Below, piece by piece: positions 25,325-33,889 of a stretch of DNA of 36,364 bases; the stretch's first letter is position 1; each line of letters starts with the position of its first letter. This DNA is from a virus. Its lineage: Duplodnaviria; Caudoviricetes. The notes beneath the pieces are model-generated. The model worked only from the letters and a program-made list of their open reading frames with translations, did not search any database and had not been told where the DNA came from. The stretch lies in the IMG/VR virus record IMGVR_UViG_3300011423_000019, positions 1 to 36,364 of that record, one strand, 5' to 3'. The position numbers were made by a program, and so were the translations under genes.

Positions 25325-26329
25325 TCAGCCGAGGCCGAGGAACGCCGTCGCCATCTCGCGTGACACACGCGCGCGCTCCTGGTCGGTGGCCGGTGAGGGC
25401 TCCTGCGACGTGGCGGCGGGCAGTGACGCGGGCGGGTCGACAGCGCCGATCGGCGCGGCCGTGGGGGACGGGGCGGTGGCCGCGATGCGCGCCAACGTCT
25501 CGTCCAGTGTTTCGATGCGGTCGATCATCCCGAGGGCGAGCGCGTCATCGGCATTGACCACGGCGCCCTCGCCGAAGCCATTGCGGACGGCATCCGCGGT
25601 CACCTTCCGGCCGGTGGCCACGTCGGTCACGAACCGCGTGTAGTGCGCATCGACGTGCCCCTTGAGCCGCGCGGCGCCTTCCGCGGTCAGCGCGGTGCCG
25701 TCGATGCTGTCGACCTTCCACTTGCCGGCCGCGATGTAGGTGAGCTTCACGCCCAGGTCGGCGAGCATCGTGGTGAGGTCTTCGTGGATCGAGTAGACGC
25801 CGATCGATCCGCCCATGGCCGAGGGCGCCCACACCACTTCGGTCGCGCAGGCGCCGACCCAGTAGGCGGCGCTGGCCATGGTGAAGTTGCCGCACGCGAT
25901 GATCGGCTTCTGCTCGCGCGCCTGCAGCAGGAAGTGGGCGAACTCCGAGGCGCCGAGGACCGACCCGCCGCACGAATCGATGTCCAGCACGATGGTCCCC
26001 ACGCCGGCATGGGCGAGTGCCTTGCGCACGTCCTGCTTCGCCTGCTCGAAGGTGGCGCCGCCGGAGATGTCGCTGAACGCGGACATGCGCGGCCCGATGA
26101 CGCCGTGGATCGGGACGATCGCCGCGCCCTGGGCGGGCGCCGCGGTCGGCGCCGGCATGACCTGCAAGGCGACCGGCTCGCTCCGTTCGAGCGAGGACAG
26201 ATCGAGCGGCCGGCCGGCGAGGTGATGCGCGAGGACGTGCGCGATCGTGGCGACCATGGGCCGCGTCATCGCCCAGGGTTCGAGGGCGAGACTGAGCACG
26301 TGACTGTAGCTGCGAAGGGTGTTAGCCAT
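25325..26329 (-). CDS. S49-family prohead protease
   Basis: IVLDIDSCGG...MASAAYW...GSIGVY...AGKWK. Confidence 0.92.
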   Translation of the reverse strand: MANTLRSYSHVLSLALEPWAMTRPMVATIAHVLAHHLAGRPLDLSSLERSEPVALQVMPAPTAAPAQGAAIVPIHGVIGPRMSAFSDISGGATFEQAKQDVRKALAHAGVGTIVLDIDSCGGSVLGASEFAHFLLQAREQKPIIACGNFTMASAAYWVGACATEVVWAPSAMGGSIGVYSIHEDLTTMLADLGVKLTYIAAGKWKVDSIDGTALTAEGAARLKGHVDAHYTRFVTDVATGRKVTADAVRNGFGEGAVVNADDALALGMIDRIETLDETLARIAATAPSPTAAPIGAVDPPASLPAATSQEPSPATDQERARVSREMATAFLGLG

Positions 26330-27851
26330 AGAGCGCTGCCTCTCGGTGTGCGAACGCATCGGCGCCGGCCGCCAGGAGCGCGTGCGTATCCGCGTTGACC
26401 GTCACGGCGACCGCCTCACTCAGGCGCGCCGCGAGATCGGGAGGGGCGCCGGCGTGACGATAGACCGGCGTGAGGTCGGCCGCGAGTTCCCGATCCCACC
26501 GCAGGCGATCGAAGCAGGCGGCGCGATCCTCGTCCGCCACCTTGTCCAGGCGCGCTCGCTGCCGATGCCACGAGGCGCGGATCACCGGCGCCGTCAGGGA
26601 CGCGGCGATTGCGCGCGTGGCCGACGGGACGGTCGGCGGCGTGGCGGCGCCGGCCTCGGTGGTCATGTTGAGGGGTTGCGCGACGCGGTTCGCCGAGGGG
26701 TCGTCCTTGATGCTCGGCAGATTCAACCGGCTGCGACCCTCGTTCAGGGTGAGCACCGGGCGGCCGACGAGCGTTTGCAGGGCCGAGGCCTGCTCCTCGA
26801 ACGAGCCGCGCAACTTCTGGTCGATGTTGAACTCGCTGTAGACGCCCTGCTGGTCATCGCACTCGATCAAGACCTGCCGTTCGAGTTCTTCCTGCAGCAT
26901 CGTCAGCCAGGGCCCGAGACAATCCTGATAGAGGTTTTTGTGCTGCTCGCGGATGTTGCTGAAGGTCGCGTTGTCGAGGATCCCGACCATCGGCAACGGC
27001 ACGTGGTACGAGCGCGCCACTTCCTCGCGCGTCAGTTTCCGCGCCAAGTTGAACTCCGATTCGCGCGCGGAGTAGGACGCCGTCTGAAACGTCATGCCGT
27101 CTTCGAGGACCGCCACGCCGCCGGCATTCGCGGGCCCGGCGAAGCGCGCCTGCCACTGCTCGCGGAAGGCCTGCTTCTGTTCGGGGGACCACCGCGGCGC
27201 CGCCGCCGGCCGCTGGATCACGCCCTCGACGCGCGAACTGTTCGCGTAATAGCTGCGCGAGTAGAGCGTGGCCGCCGCGTCCGCGGCGAGCAGCTGGCGC
27301 AGCGTTTCGATCGGCGAGAGGCCTTCGAGCGGGTTGCACGGGTCGTAGCCGTTGAAGTGCACGACATCGCGAGTCGGCAGCGTCATCACGGTGTTGTCGG
27401 GCAGCGTCCAGTAGAACGCCGAGGGCAGGAGCCAGCCCTCGACGCGCATCTGCTCGGGCGGGATGCGCACGAAGTGGAGCCGGGCCTCGCCGCGCAGCTT
27501 CAACCAGAAGGCGTTGAAGTACGTGCCCATGTCGCTCATCAGGTTCTCGACCATGCGGTAGTGCGTCATCGCCGGGTTCGGGGCGGCCATCCACTGCGCG
27601 AGCTCGTGATCGGCGAGGCGCTCGCGGTCGATGTCCGACACGCGGCGATAGACGTGCAGGTTCAGGTCGGCCACGTTGCGCGCCAGGAACGACACCACCG
27701 TGCGCACGTTCGGCTGCGTGCGGAAGATCGCCGCGTAGGTCGCGTTGCTGCGATCGTCGAAGACCGAGGCCGAGGGCGCGACCGCGGCCGCCGGCGCGCC
27801 CGGGACGCGCTCGACCGAGCGTAGGGTGCCGCGACTCTGCACGATCGGCAT
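26322..27851 (-). CDS. HK97-family portal protein
   Basis: GLSPIETLR...NAGGVAVLEDGMTF...EVARSYHVP...ATFSNIREQ...TLNEGR. Confidence 0.95.
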   Translation of the reverse strand: MPIVQSRGTLRSVERVPGAPAAAVAPSASVFDDRSNATYAAIFRTQPNVRTVVSFLARNVADLNLHVYRRVSDIDRERLADHELAQWMAAPNPAMTHYRMVENLMSDMGTYFNAFWLKLRGEARLHFVRIPPEQMRVEGWLLPSAFYWTLPDNTVMTLPTRDVVHFNGYDPCNPLEGLSPIETLRQLLAADAAATLYSRSYYANSSRVEGVIQRPAAAPRWSPEQKQAFREQWQARFAGPANAGGVAVLEDGMTFQTASYSARESEFNLARKLTREEVARSYHVPLPMVGILDNATFSNIREQHKNLYQDCLGPWLTMLQEELERQVLIECDDQQGVYSEFNIDQKLRGSFEEQASALQTLVGRPVLTLNEGRSRLNLPSIKDDPSANRVAQPLNMTTEAGAATPPTVPSATRAIAASLTAPVIRASWHRQRARLDKVADEDRAACFDRLRWDRELAADLTPVYRHAGAPPDLAARLSEAVAVTVNADTHALLAAGADAFAHREAALYG

Positions 27852-28075
27852 CAGGGCAAGACCTGCACGAACGAGACATTGCTGCGCGGCAGCACCACTT
27901 CGCCGTCCACGGCCTGGGGTTCCTCGCCGGCCTTCAGCAGGGCGGGCTCGCGGATGACCAACCAGGCGCCGCGCGCGGCCCACAGCACGCCGCGGATCGC
28001 GCCGCCGTCGTCTTTCAGATTCACGATGACGACCCGCAGCAGACACGGCGGGCGCCACCACGCGAGCCAACCCAT
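27851..28075 (-). CDS. Small Sm/LSm-like beta-barrel protein
   Basis: VIVNLKDDGGAIRGVL...LVIREP...GEVVLPRSNVSFVQV; TGATG-coupled to portal. Confidence 0.65.
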   Translation of the reverse strand: MGWLAWWRPPCLLRVVIVNLKDDGGAIRGVLWAARGAWLVIREPALLKAGEEPQAVDGEVVLPRSNVSFVQVLP

Positions 28076-28180
28076 GGAAGGCGGCAGCGTGCGGCCTGCC
28101 GGCGTCAGGCGGAAGTTTTGATATCGGGACTTGCGAGAGGGGCGGGTATGGTGGAAGGTTTCGCGCGCGCGAGGCCTGAA

Positions 28181-28390
28181 CTAGTCCGCGTCGTCGTCAT
28201 CCTGGGCGGCGGCCGCGCGGCGCCGGAGGTCGCGCCGCAAGATCTCCGGCACGCTCACGCCCTGCGCGGAGGCGCGCTGGTAGACCCGATCGTAGGTGTG
28301 CGACGGGATGCGGAGGCAGACAGGAACGGACGGCCGGGCACCGCGGCCGGCGAGGGGCGGCCGACCGTTGGTGCGTGGGTCGTCGCTCAC
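28181..28390 (-). CDS. Ribbon-helix-helix DNA-binding protein
   Basis: GRPP...SVPVCLRIPSHTYDRVYQRASAQGVSVPEILR; GTGA overlap. Confidence 0.65.
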   Translation of the reverse strand: MSDDPRTNGRPPLAGRGARPSVPVCLRIPSHTYDRVYQRASAQGVSVPEILRRDLRRRAAAAQDDDDAD

Positions 28391-28677
28391 GACCGCCAGT
28401 ATGCGCGCAGGGGACCGTCGCCGGCAACGCGCGGCTCGGCCGGCCAGGGCGAGAGGCGGCGCCGCCGGCCGCACAGACACCAGTCGCCGACCGCCGCGCC
28501 GGCCAGCCAGTAGTGCGTGGTGCCGATGTCCGCGCTGTGGTCGCACCGCGGCGGCACCTCGGGGTCCTTCCCGATAACAATGGCATTGTTATCCGCGCGA
28601 TCCTCCGGCGCCGGCGGATAGTACCGGCGCCGGTCGGCCGTCTGTCGGGTGTGCCGTGGGAACTGCGCGCTCCGCAT
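28387..28677 (-). CDS. Hypothetical protein
   Basis: AAGGGGG RBS; CDH...HYW...WCLCG. Confidence 0.5.
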   Translation of the reverse strand: MRSAQFPRHTRQTADRRRYYPPAPEDRADNNAIVIGKDPEVPPRCDHSADIGTTHYWLAGAAVGDWCLCGRRRRLSPWPAEPRVAGDGPLRAYWRS

Positions 28678-28779
28678 GGGTGCCCCCCTTCGCCGATACT
28701 CGCCCGATGCCGCTGAAACCGACCGCCGCGCCGCCACCGATCGCGCCGACGAAGCCGAGCCCGCTGCCGCCCTCGCCCC

Positions 28780-30459
28780 TCACGCCACCACCAGATCGGG
28801 ATCGTCCGCGGCGGACTCGGCCTCGCCCGCGATCGCCGCGAGCTTGCGCGCGATGAGCGCCGCGATCACCGGGTCGATGCGGCCGCGGCTGCGCTTCTTC
28901 GTCGGGTAGATATTTTCTTTGTTGTCGGCGACTACCCGCACGTTCGAGATGCACCACTCCATGAGCGGGTTGCCGCCGGCGTCCACCAAGCCATCGAGCA
29001 CGTCGGCCTCGAACTCTTTCGACGGGCCGGACATCTGCGGCAGGTTTTGCGGCACCTCGATCGCCTCGAACCCGTCGTCCTCGAGTTCCTTGACCAGGTT
29101 GCCGGCATTCCACGGGTCGACGCCGATCTGCTGCACGTCGAACAGCGCCGAGGCCTCGTGCACGATCGCGCGCACCTCCGCTTGGTCGATGCGGTTCCCC
29201 GGGTTGGTGCGCAGCCACTTACTCTGCTTCCACAGTCCATAGGGCGCGCGATCGCGCAGGCCGCGCGCCACCATGGTGCCCTCGGGTGTCAGGGTCCAGA
29301 CCACGAGGCGCCAGGACAGGCGCGTCAGGGTCGGCGGGAACGCCGCGACGATCGCGGTCAGGTCGATCTTCGACGACATATCGACGCCCATCCAGCACGG
29401 CTCGCCGCGCAGGGATTCGATCGCCCACCGCGATTGCCCGGCGCGCCACCCTTCGAGCGACAGCCAGGGCGCGAGGGCATTGACCCAGAGGTTCAAGCGC
29501 TTCTGCTTCAGGGCCGGCAGCGCCGCCGGGAGGTGCCGCGCCTTCGTGAACAGCGCGCGCAGATCGCCGGCCTTCACCGACACGCCGTAGTTGGGGTTCG
29601 CCTTCCGCCACGTGCTCTCCGCGAAGGGATCGTCGCCCTCGTCGGCGTGCGCGATGAACGCGAAGAACGTCTCGTCGACGAGCACCCGATCGAGCACCTT
29701 GCAGGCGTAATCGTGCTGGTCGCCGCAGGGCGTGAAGGGATCCGAGCCGGCGGTGGTGATCTGGAAATGCAGCGGCTGTTCGCGGGCGCCCGTCGCCGTC
29801 TCCATGACATCGAGCAGGCCGCGATCCTTCATCGCGTGCACTTCGTCCGCGATGATCAAGTTGGGGTTCAGCCCATCGGTCGAGTCCTTATCCGCGCCGA
29901 GGGGTTCGAGCTTCGAGGCGGTCGCCTGCCGGTGGAGATTCGAGGCGAGCGGCGTGATGCGCGAGCGCAGGCCGCTGCGGATGACCAGCTGCGCGCAGTC
30001 GCCCCACACGATCCGCGCCTGGGCGCGTTTGGTCGCAATGCAGTACCCCTCCGCGCCGGCCTCGCCGTCGAAGAACGTCACGTAGAGCGCGACGATCGCG
30101 GCCTCCAGCGACTTGCCGTTCTTGCGCGGAATCTCGTTGTAGGCCGTGCGGAAGCGCCGCAGCCCGGTGTCGCGATGCACCCAGGCGAACAGGGAGCCGA
30201 GGCGGAACTGCTGGTGCGGCCGCAGCACGATCGGCTGGCCGGCCCACTCGGCTTTGTAGTGCTTTAGGTTGCGGGCGAACCGGAAGAACCGCTCCGCGCG
30301 CGCGAGGTCGAAGACGTACGGGAACGCGCGGGTGCCCTCGCGTTGCCGATCGCGGAGATGCCGCGCGCAGGCGAGCCGGTGGTACTTGCCGGCGGGTCGC
30401 TTGCCGGCGACGACGGCGCGCGCGTAGGCGTCGATCGGGTTCGCGGCGGCGCGCGCCGT
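28780..30459 (-). CDS. terL: Terminase large subunit (start non-canonical, see findings)
   Basis: Walker A EIPRKNGKS, Walker B IIADEVH, QITTAG, GVDMS, RIDPVIA; conserved N-terminus NPIDAYARAVVAGK...LACARHLRD lies upstream of first canonical start (30228). Confidence 0.95.
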   Translation of the reverse strand, partial: TARAAANPIDAYARAVVAGKRPAGKYHRLACARHLRDRQREGTRAFPYVFDLARAERFFRFARNLKHYKAEWAGQPIVLRPHQQFRLGSLFAWVHRDTGLRRFRTAYNEIPRKNGKSLEAAIVALYVTFFDGEAGAEGYCIATKRAQARIVWGDCAQLVIRSGLRSRITPLASNLHRQATASKLEPLGADKDSTDGLNPNLIIADEVHAMKDRGLLDVMETATGAREQPLHFQITTAGSDPFTPCGDQHDYACKVLDRVLVDETFFAFIAHADEGDDPFAESTWRKANPNYGVSVKAGDLRALFTKARHLPAALPALKQKRLNLWVNALAPWLSLEGWRAGQSRWAIESLRGEPCWMGVDMSSKIDLTAIVAAFPPTLTRLSWRLVVWTLTPEGTMVARGLRDRAPYGLWKQSKWLRTNPGNRIDQAEVRAIVHEASALFDVQQIGVDPWNAGNLVKELEDDGFEAIEVPQNLPQMSGPSKEFEADVLDGLVDAGGNPLMEWCISNVRVVADNKENIYPTKKRSRGRIDPVIAALIARKLAAIAGEAESAADDPDLVVA

Positions 30460-30469
30460 GGGGCACCTC

Positions 30470-30979
30470 TCAGTGGGTGATGCGCGGCCCGGCGGCCGGC
30501 GGCGTGTCGAACTCGCTGAAGGCGTCGCCCTCGGGCCCGGCGCCGTCCGTCTTCACGCGCGATCGACTCGACGGGGTGAGGCCGAGTTCCGGCCAGAGGC
30601 GCGCGCACTGCCCGAGCGCCTTGTTCGCGATCGGCAGGTACGGGTTGGTGATCGGGTACCCGCTCGGCGCCTTCACGATCATCCCGAGCTTCGCGGCCTC
30701 CGCGGTCGCGGTCAGGTACTTCGACCACTCAATGCACAGCGCGAGCAGGGCGCCGCGATCGGCGAGCGTGATCTGGCGACACTGCCGCAGCATCGGCGCG
30801 AGGCGCGCCCACTCGGCGCGCGCGATCGGATCGGCGGCGAGCTCGGGCGGCGGCGTGTCGAACTCCGGATCGGTCGCGAGGGGCGGCGGCGCCGGCTCCT
30901 CGGTGTTGAGGGCGCGCTTGCCCGGGTTCCCCTCCAGCCGGCGCTGCGCCGTCGACTTCGGCTTCGGGCCGCGCCTCAT
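30470..30979 (-). CDS. terS: Terminase small subunit, P27 family
   Basis: MRRGPKPKSTAQRRLEGNPGKR...NPYL...ELGLTPSSRSR. Confidence 0.95.
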   Translation of the reverse strand: MRRGPKPKSTAQRRLEGNPGKRALNTEEPAPPPLATDPEFDTPPPELAADPIARAEWARLAPMLRQCRQITLADRGALLALCIEWSKYLTATAEAAKLGMIVKAPSGYPITNPYLPIANKALGQCARLWPELGLTPSSRSRVKTDGAGPEGDAFSEFDTPPAAGPRITH

Positions 30980-30999
30980 GGCCGAGCCTCGGGGCAATC

Positions 31000-31016
31000 T
31001 GCATTTTGAAAATGCA
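31000..31016. promoter_or_regulatory. AT-rich palindrome upstream of terS (candidate operator)
   Basis: TGCATTTT-G-AAAATGCA in otherwise very GC-rich spacer. Confidence 0.5.
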
Positions 31017-31248
31017 ACTTCGGGCGGCCGGCCGAGTCCCCCAGGATGCCGGCGGCCTCGGGGGCACCAACGCCCCCAGGAAGGCGCCGGCCTGGGGGGC
31101 GGCCCTCGGGCCGGCCGCCGCGCCCAGGCCACCCAGGGTGGCGTCTGGGGGCGCCGGCCGGGCCCACGACGCGAAGGCCCGGCCGAGGGCCGGGCCGAGG
31201 GCGGCAGGGGGGCGGCGGCGCCTCCGGCGGCGAGAGGCCGCCGATCGC

Positions 31249-31486
31249 CTGATGCCGTTCCGATGCCGTTCCCGCACGCGAACGTAGCAGAAAGCGGCAG
31301 AAAGCCGCAGGTAGCTGCGGCCTCCGATCATTGGGTTTTCTTAATGTTTGGAGGGAAAAGTGGTCGGGGCGAAAGGATTTGAACCTTCGACCCCTCGGTC
31401 CCGAACCGAGAGGCCACCATGCCTTATCCCCTGTGCATTCGCGCTTTTCCATAATCTGATGCCGTTCCGATGCCGTTCCCACACGC
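31249..31486. repeat. attP arm-type direct repeats flanking the core
   Basis: CTGATGCCGTTCCGATGCCGTTCCC(G/A)CACGC at 31249-31279 and 31456-31486; 10-bp-period GCAGAAAGC repeats at 31287-31320. Confidence 0.85.
31361..31410 (-). other. attP core: 3' half of tRNA-Pro(CGG)
   Basis: CTCGG-TTCGGGA-CCGAG GGGTC GAAGG-TTCAAAT-CCTTT CGCCCCG-A-CCA; D-arm and 5' acceptor strand absent; 80 nt from int stop. Confidence 0.92.
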
Positions 31487-31490
31487 CCGA

Positions 31491-32906
31491 TCATCGGCGA
31501 GAGAGGCCGGCAGCAGCGGCCAGTTGCCGGCCGCGTCGGGCGTGGAAGTAGAGCCGCGTCGTTTCCAAATCCTTGTGCCGGGCGAGCTCCTGGGCGAGGA
31601 CCGGGTCGCCGGTCTGCTCGGCCACCCGAGAGATGTACTCGTGCCGCGCGGTGTGCCACACGAGGCCGACCGCCCGCCCGTACGTCAGGCCGGCCGCGGC
31701 GAACAGGGCGCGCCACATCCGGCGGAACCCTTTCTGCGGCCGGCCATCCTCGGCGCCCCAGATGAAGCTGCGCCCCTCGGGGTGGCCCTTCAACTGAAAC
31801 CGGCGCCGTTCGAGCATCGCCACCGCGCGCGGCGTGGCGAGGAAGACCGTCTCCGGTTTGCCCGATCGCGCGCCGCCCTTCGTGATGTCCGGCGGCAGCG
31901 TGATCTCGTACCCGCTCACCTCGGCGCCGTCGATGGTCGCCCGGACAATGCGCCAGTTCACGTGGCCGATCTTCACCTTCATCATCTCGCCCGCGCGCAG
32001 GCCGCCGTCGAAGGCGCCGATCAACCGGCGCTCCATCTCGGTGCCCTTGGTGCCGAGGCGCGCGGACTCGCCCTTCCAGATATCCCCGTGCTTGATCGAC
32101 GACACGATCGAGGCCGACACCTTGAAGGCCGCCGCGATCGCCGCGCCGGTCTCGCGCCCGGCATCGAGGCGCGCGCGGATGGCGGCCGCCTGCTCCGGCG
32201 TGAGTTTGCACTGCTTGTTCGGCGAGTAGGCCGGGCGATTGAGGCCTGCGCACGCCGCGAAGAGCCGCGCCTCCGCGTCTTCCTCGAGGTGCCGCTGCCG
32301 GAAGTGTTCAGGCTGCGCGGCCACCCGGCGCTCGATGCCGGCGATCGGATTCGTGGCCATGCGCGGCGCATTGTTGGCGCGCCAGACGGTGGCCTTGTCA
32401 CACACCGTGAACAGCAGATCGCGGTACGCGTTCCACGTCTTCGCCTTCCACTTCCGGCGCTTGCCCTCCGCATCGAGCCAGTCCTCGATCGCGCGCGGGT
32501 TCGCGACCATATCCTCCAGCGCCATGCGGCCGAGGGCGCCGCCGCCCAGGACGCCGAGCATCGGATAGAGGCCGTCCTGATTGAGGTCGTGCTTCTCGGC
32601 GTGGCGGCTTTTCCATTCGGCGATGAAGGCGCGGAAGTTCTGGCCGTCGCCGAGGGGTGCGCGCTCGCCGGCCGGATCGAAGTCGCGCGCATCGATCGCG
32701 GCCTTCATCCGGGTGAACACCACGAGGGCCGCGGCGCGATTGCGCGGATCGATCTCGGCGCCGGCCCACTTCGCCAGCACCACGATGCGCTTCTTATGGC
32801 GGCCGGTCCATGCGCAGCGGCATCGCGCGGGGTCGCGGCGATTCGCGCAGTCCGCCACGTGCTTCTTCACGAGGCCGCGTTCGCCGGATGCGGATCGTCG
32901 GGGCAT
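31491..32906 (-). CDS. int: Tyrosine integrase
   Basis: GGLRAGE, ITKGG, WHTARH, LARHKDLETTRLY (R-K-H-R-H-Y). Confidence 0.95.
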   Translation of the reverse strand: MPRRSASGERGLVKKHVADCANRRDPARCRCAWTGRHKKRIVVLAKWAGAEIDPRNRAAALVVFTRMKAAIDARDFDPAGERAPLGDGQNFRAFIAEWKSRHAEKHDLNQDGLYPMLGVLGGGALGRMALEDMVANPRAIEDWLDAEGKRRKWKAKTWNAYRDLLFTVCDKATVWRANNAPRMATNPIAGIERRVAAQPEHFRQRHLEEDAEARLFAACAGLNRPAYSPNKQCKLTPEQAAAIRARLDAGRETGAAIAAAFKVSASIVSSIKHGDIWKGESARLGTKGTEMERRLIGAFDGGLRAGEMMKVKIGHVNWRIVRATIDGAEVSGYEITLPPDITKGGARSGKPETVFLATPRAVAMLERRRFQLKGHPEGRSFIWGAEDGRPQKGFRRMWRALFAAAGLTYGRAVGLVWHTARHEYISRVAEQTGDPVLAQELARHKDLETTRLYFHARRGRQLAAAAGLSRR

Positions 32907-32911
32907 TGGCG

Positions 32912-33280
32912 TTACTTTCCTTCCCGGGGCTTTCGCGTGACCGCTTTCGCGCGGCCGCGCTCGGGTTCCCGATCGAGGTCCTCAAGAGCCCACCGAAGCG
33001 TTGCGGCCGCGAGGTGGCGAACAAAGACCGCGCGCTCGGCTGCGGTCATCCGGTGAATCGCGACCGTGCGGTTCTGAACCGCGACGATGCGCTTCGGGCC
33101 GTGGCCCTTCCCGGCGCGTTTCTTTTGCATCGCGCGCAGCTGCTCCGGCGTGGCCTCGGGGATATCCGAGAAATCGATCTCCGAGTCAGGCGGTTGCGGC
33201 AACCGCAGCCGGGCCATCCGGGCCCGTTCAGCGGCGGTCAGGCGATACTGCACGGTCGTAGGGGTTCGCTTCGCCTTCAT
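32912..33280 (-). CDS. Chimeric protein with BrnA-like antitoxin N-terminus
   Basis: PDSEIDFSDIPEATPEQLRAM motif; internal repeat RLTAAERA/RMTAAERA; ATGA-coupled to brnA. Confidence 0.6.
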   Translation of the reverse strand: MKAKRTPTTVQYRLTAAERARMARLRLPQPPDSEIDFSDIPEATPEQLRAMQKKRAGKGHGPKRIVAVQNRTVAIHRMTAAERAVFVRHLAAATLRWALEDLDREPERGRAKAVTRKPREGK

Positions 33281-33609
33281 GCGCGCGCCCTTTGATTGCG
33301 GCGGGTCGCTCCGGCCTTCCGGCGCGTGGCCGGCTTGCGCAGGCGCCGCGCCACCAGGCGCGCCAGATCTGCGTTCATCCGCGTTTGCCACCCGGGCCCG
33401 CTGGCGCGGTAGTGCGCGAGGACCGCCGCATCGAGGCGCACGTTGATGACCTGCTTGGTTGGGGTCTTCTGCGGGCCGCGGCCGCGGCGCTTGGCCTCGG
33501 CGAGCGCGGCCTGTAGGCCGGCGCTATCGGCCATGTCAGGGATCCGCACGGCGCGGGCGAAGGCCTCGCTCGGGATCGGCGGATTGTCAGCGTCGTACTG
33601 GATAGGCAC
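33277..33609 (-). CDS. brnA: BrnA antitoxin
   Basis: DNPP...RGRGPQKTPTKQVINVRLDAAVLAHYRASGPGWQTRMN. Confidence 0.92.
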   Translation of the reverse strand: MPIQYDADNPPIPSEAFARAVRIPDMADSAGLQAALAEAKRRGRGPQKTPTKQVINVRLDAAVLAHYRASGPGWQTRMNADLARLVARRLRKPATRRKAGATRRNQRARA

Positions 33610-33850
33610 GGGCGTAGTCCTTTTGTTCGCGGCGATTCGCAGGCCGCAAGCTAATCTCGCGGATCCCGCCCTCGCGGTTGGCAATGACGCCCGCGTGCAA
33701 CCGGCCATCGATCCAGCCGATCACCACCCATCGATCCTCCCCGCCTCGCGGCGAGTAGATGGCCAGCGGCTCCGTCAACTCGGAAAGGCGCGACAGGCTA
33801 ATCCCGTGCTTCTCCAGATTGCGGCGCTCTTTGTCGGGGTCGAACGTCAT
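33587..33850 (-). CDS. brnT: BrnT ribonuclease toxin
   Basis: FDPDKERRNLEKHGIS...EDRWVVIG...IREISLRPANRRE. Confidence 0.92.
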   Translation of the reverse strand: MTFDPDKERRNLEKHGISLSRLSELTEPLAIYSPRGGEDRWVVIGWIDGRLHAGVIANREGGIREISLRPANRREQKDYARAYPVRR

Positions 33851-33859
33851 TGATAACTA

Positions 33860-33889
33860 ATTGTATCCACACTAGCGCCCGACAGCCAA
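33860..33889 (-). promoter_or_regulatory. Putative brnTA promoter/operator
   Basis: TTGGCT-N18-TACAAT ending 9 nt before brnT ATG; TGT-GGAT-ACA palindrome overlaps -10. Confidence 0.6.

Noticed and set aside
28589-28783. Gly-rich ORF starting at terL stop (GTGA)
   Set aside because: Low complexity and overlaps the better-supported 28387-28677 ORF; cannot be supported
31361-31440. Intact phage-encoded tRNA-Pro gene
   Set aside because: Only anticodon arm to CCA is present; upstream sequence lacks a D-arm and the 5' acceptor strand, so it is an att core
31249-31486. Mini CRISPR array (two 31-nt repeats; Cas4-like gene elsewhere)
   Set aside because: Only two copies, about 176 nt apart, internally tandem and flanking the att core; no cas1/cas2
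30976-32253. 425-aa minus-strand ORF spanning int and attP
   Set aside because: Alternative frame over int and non-coding att; low complexity
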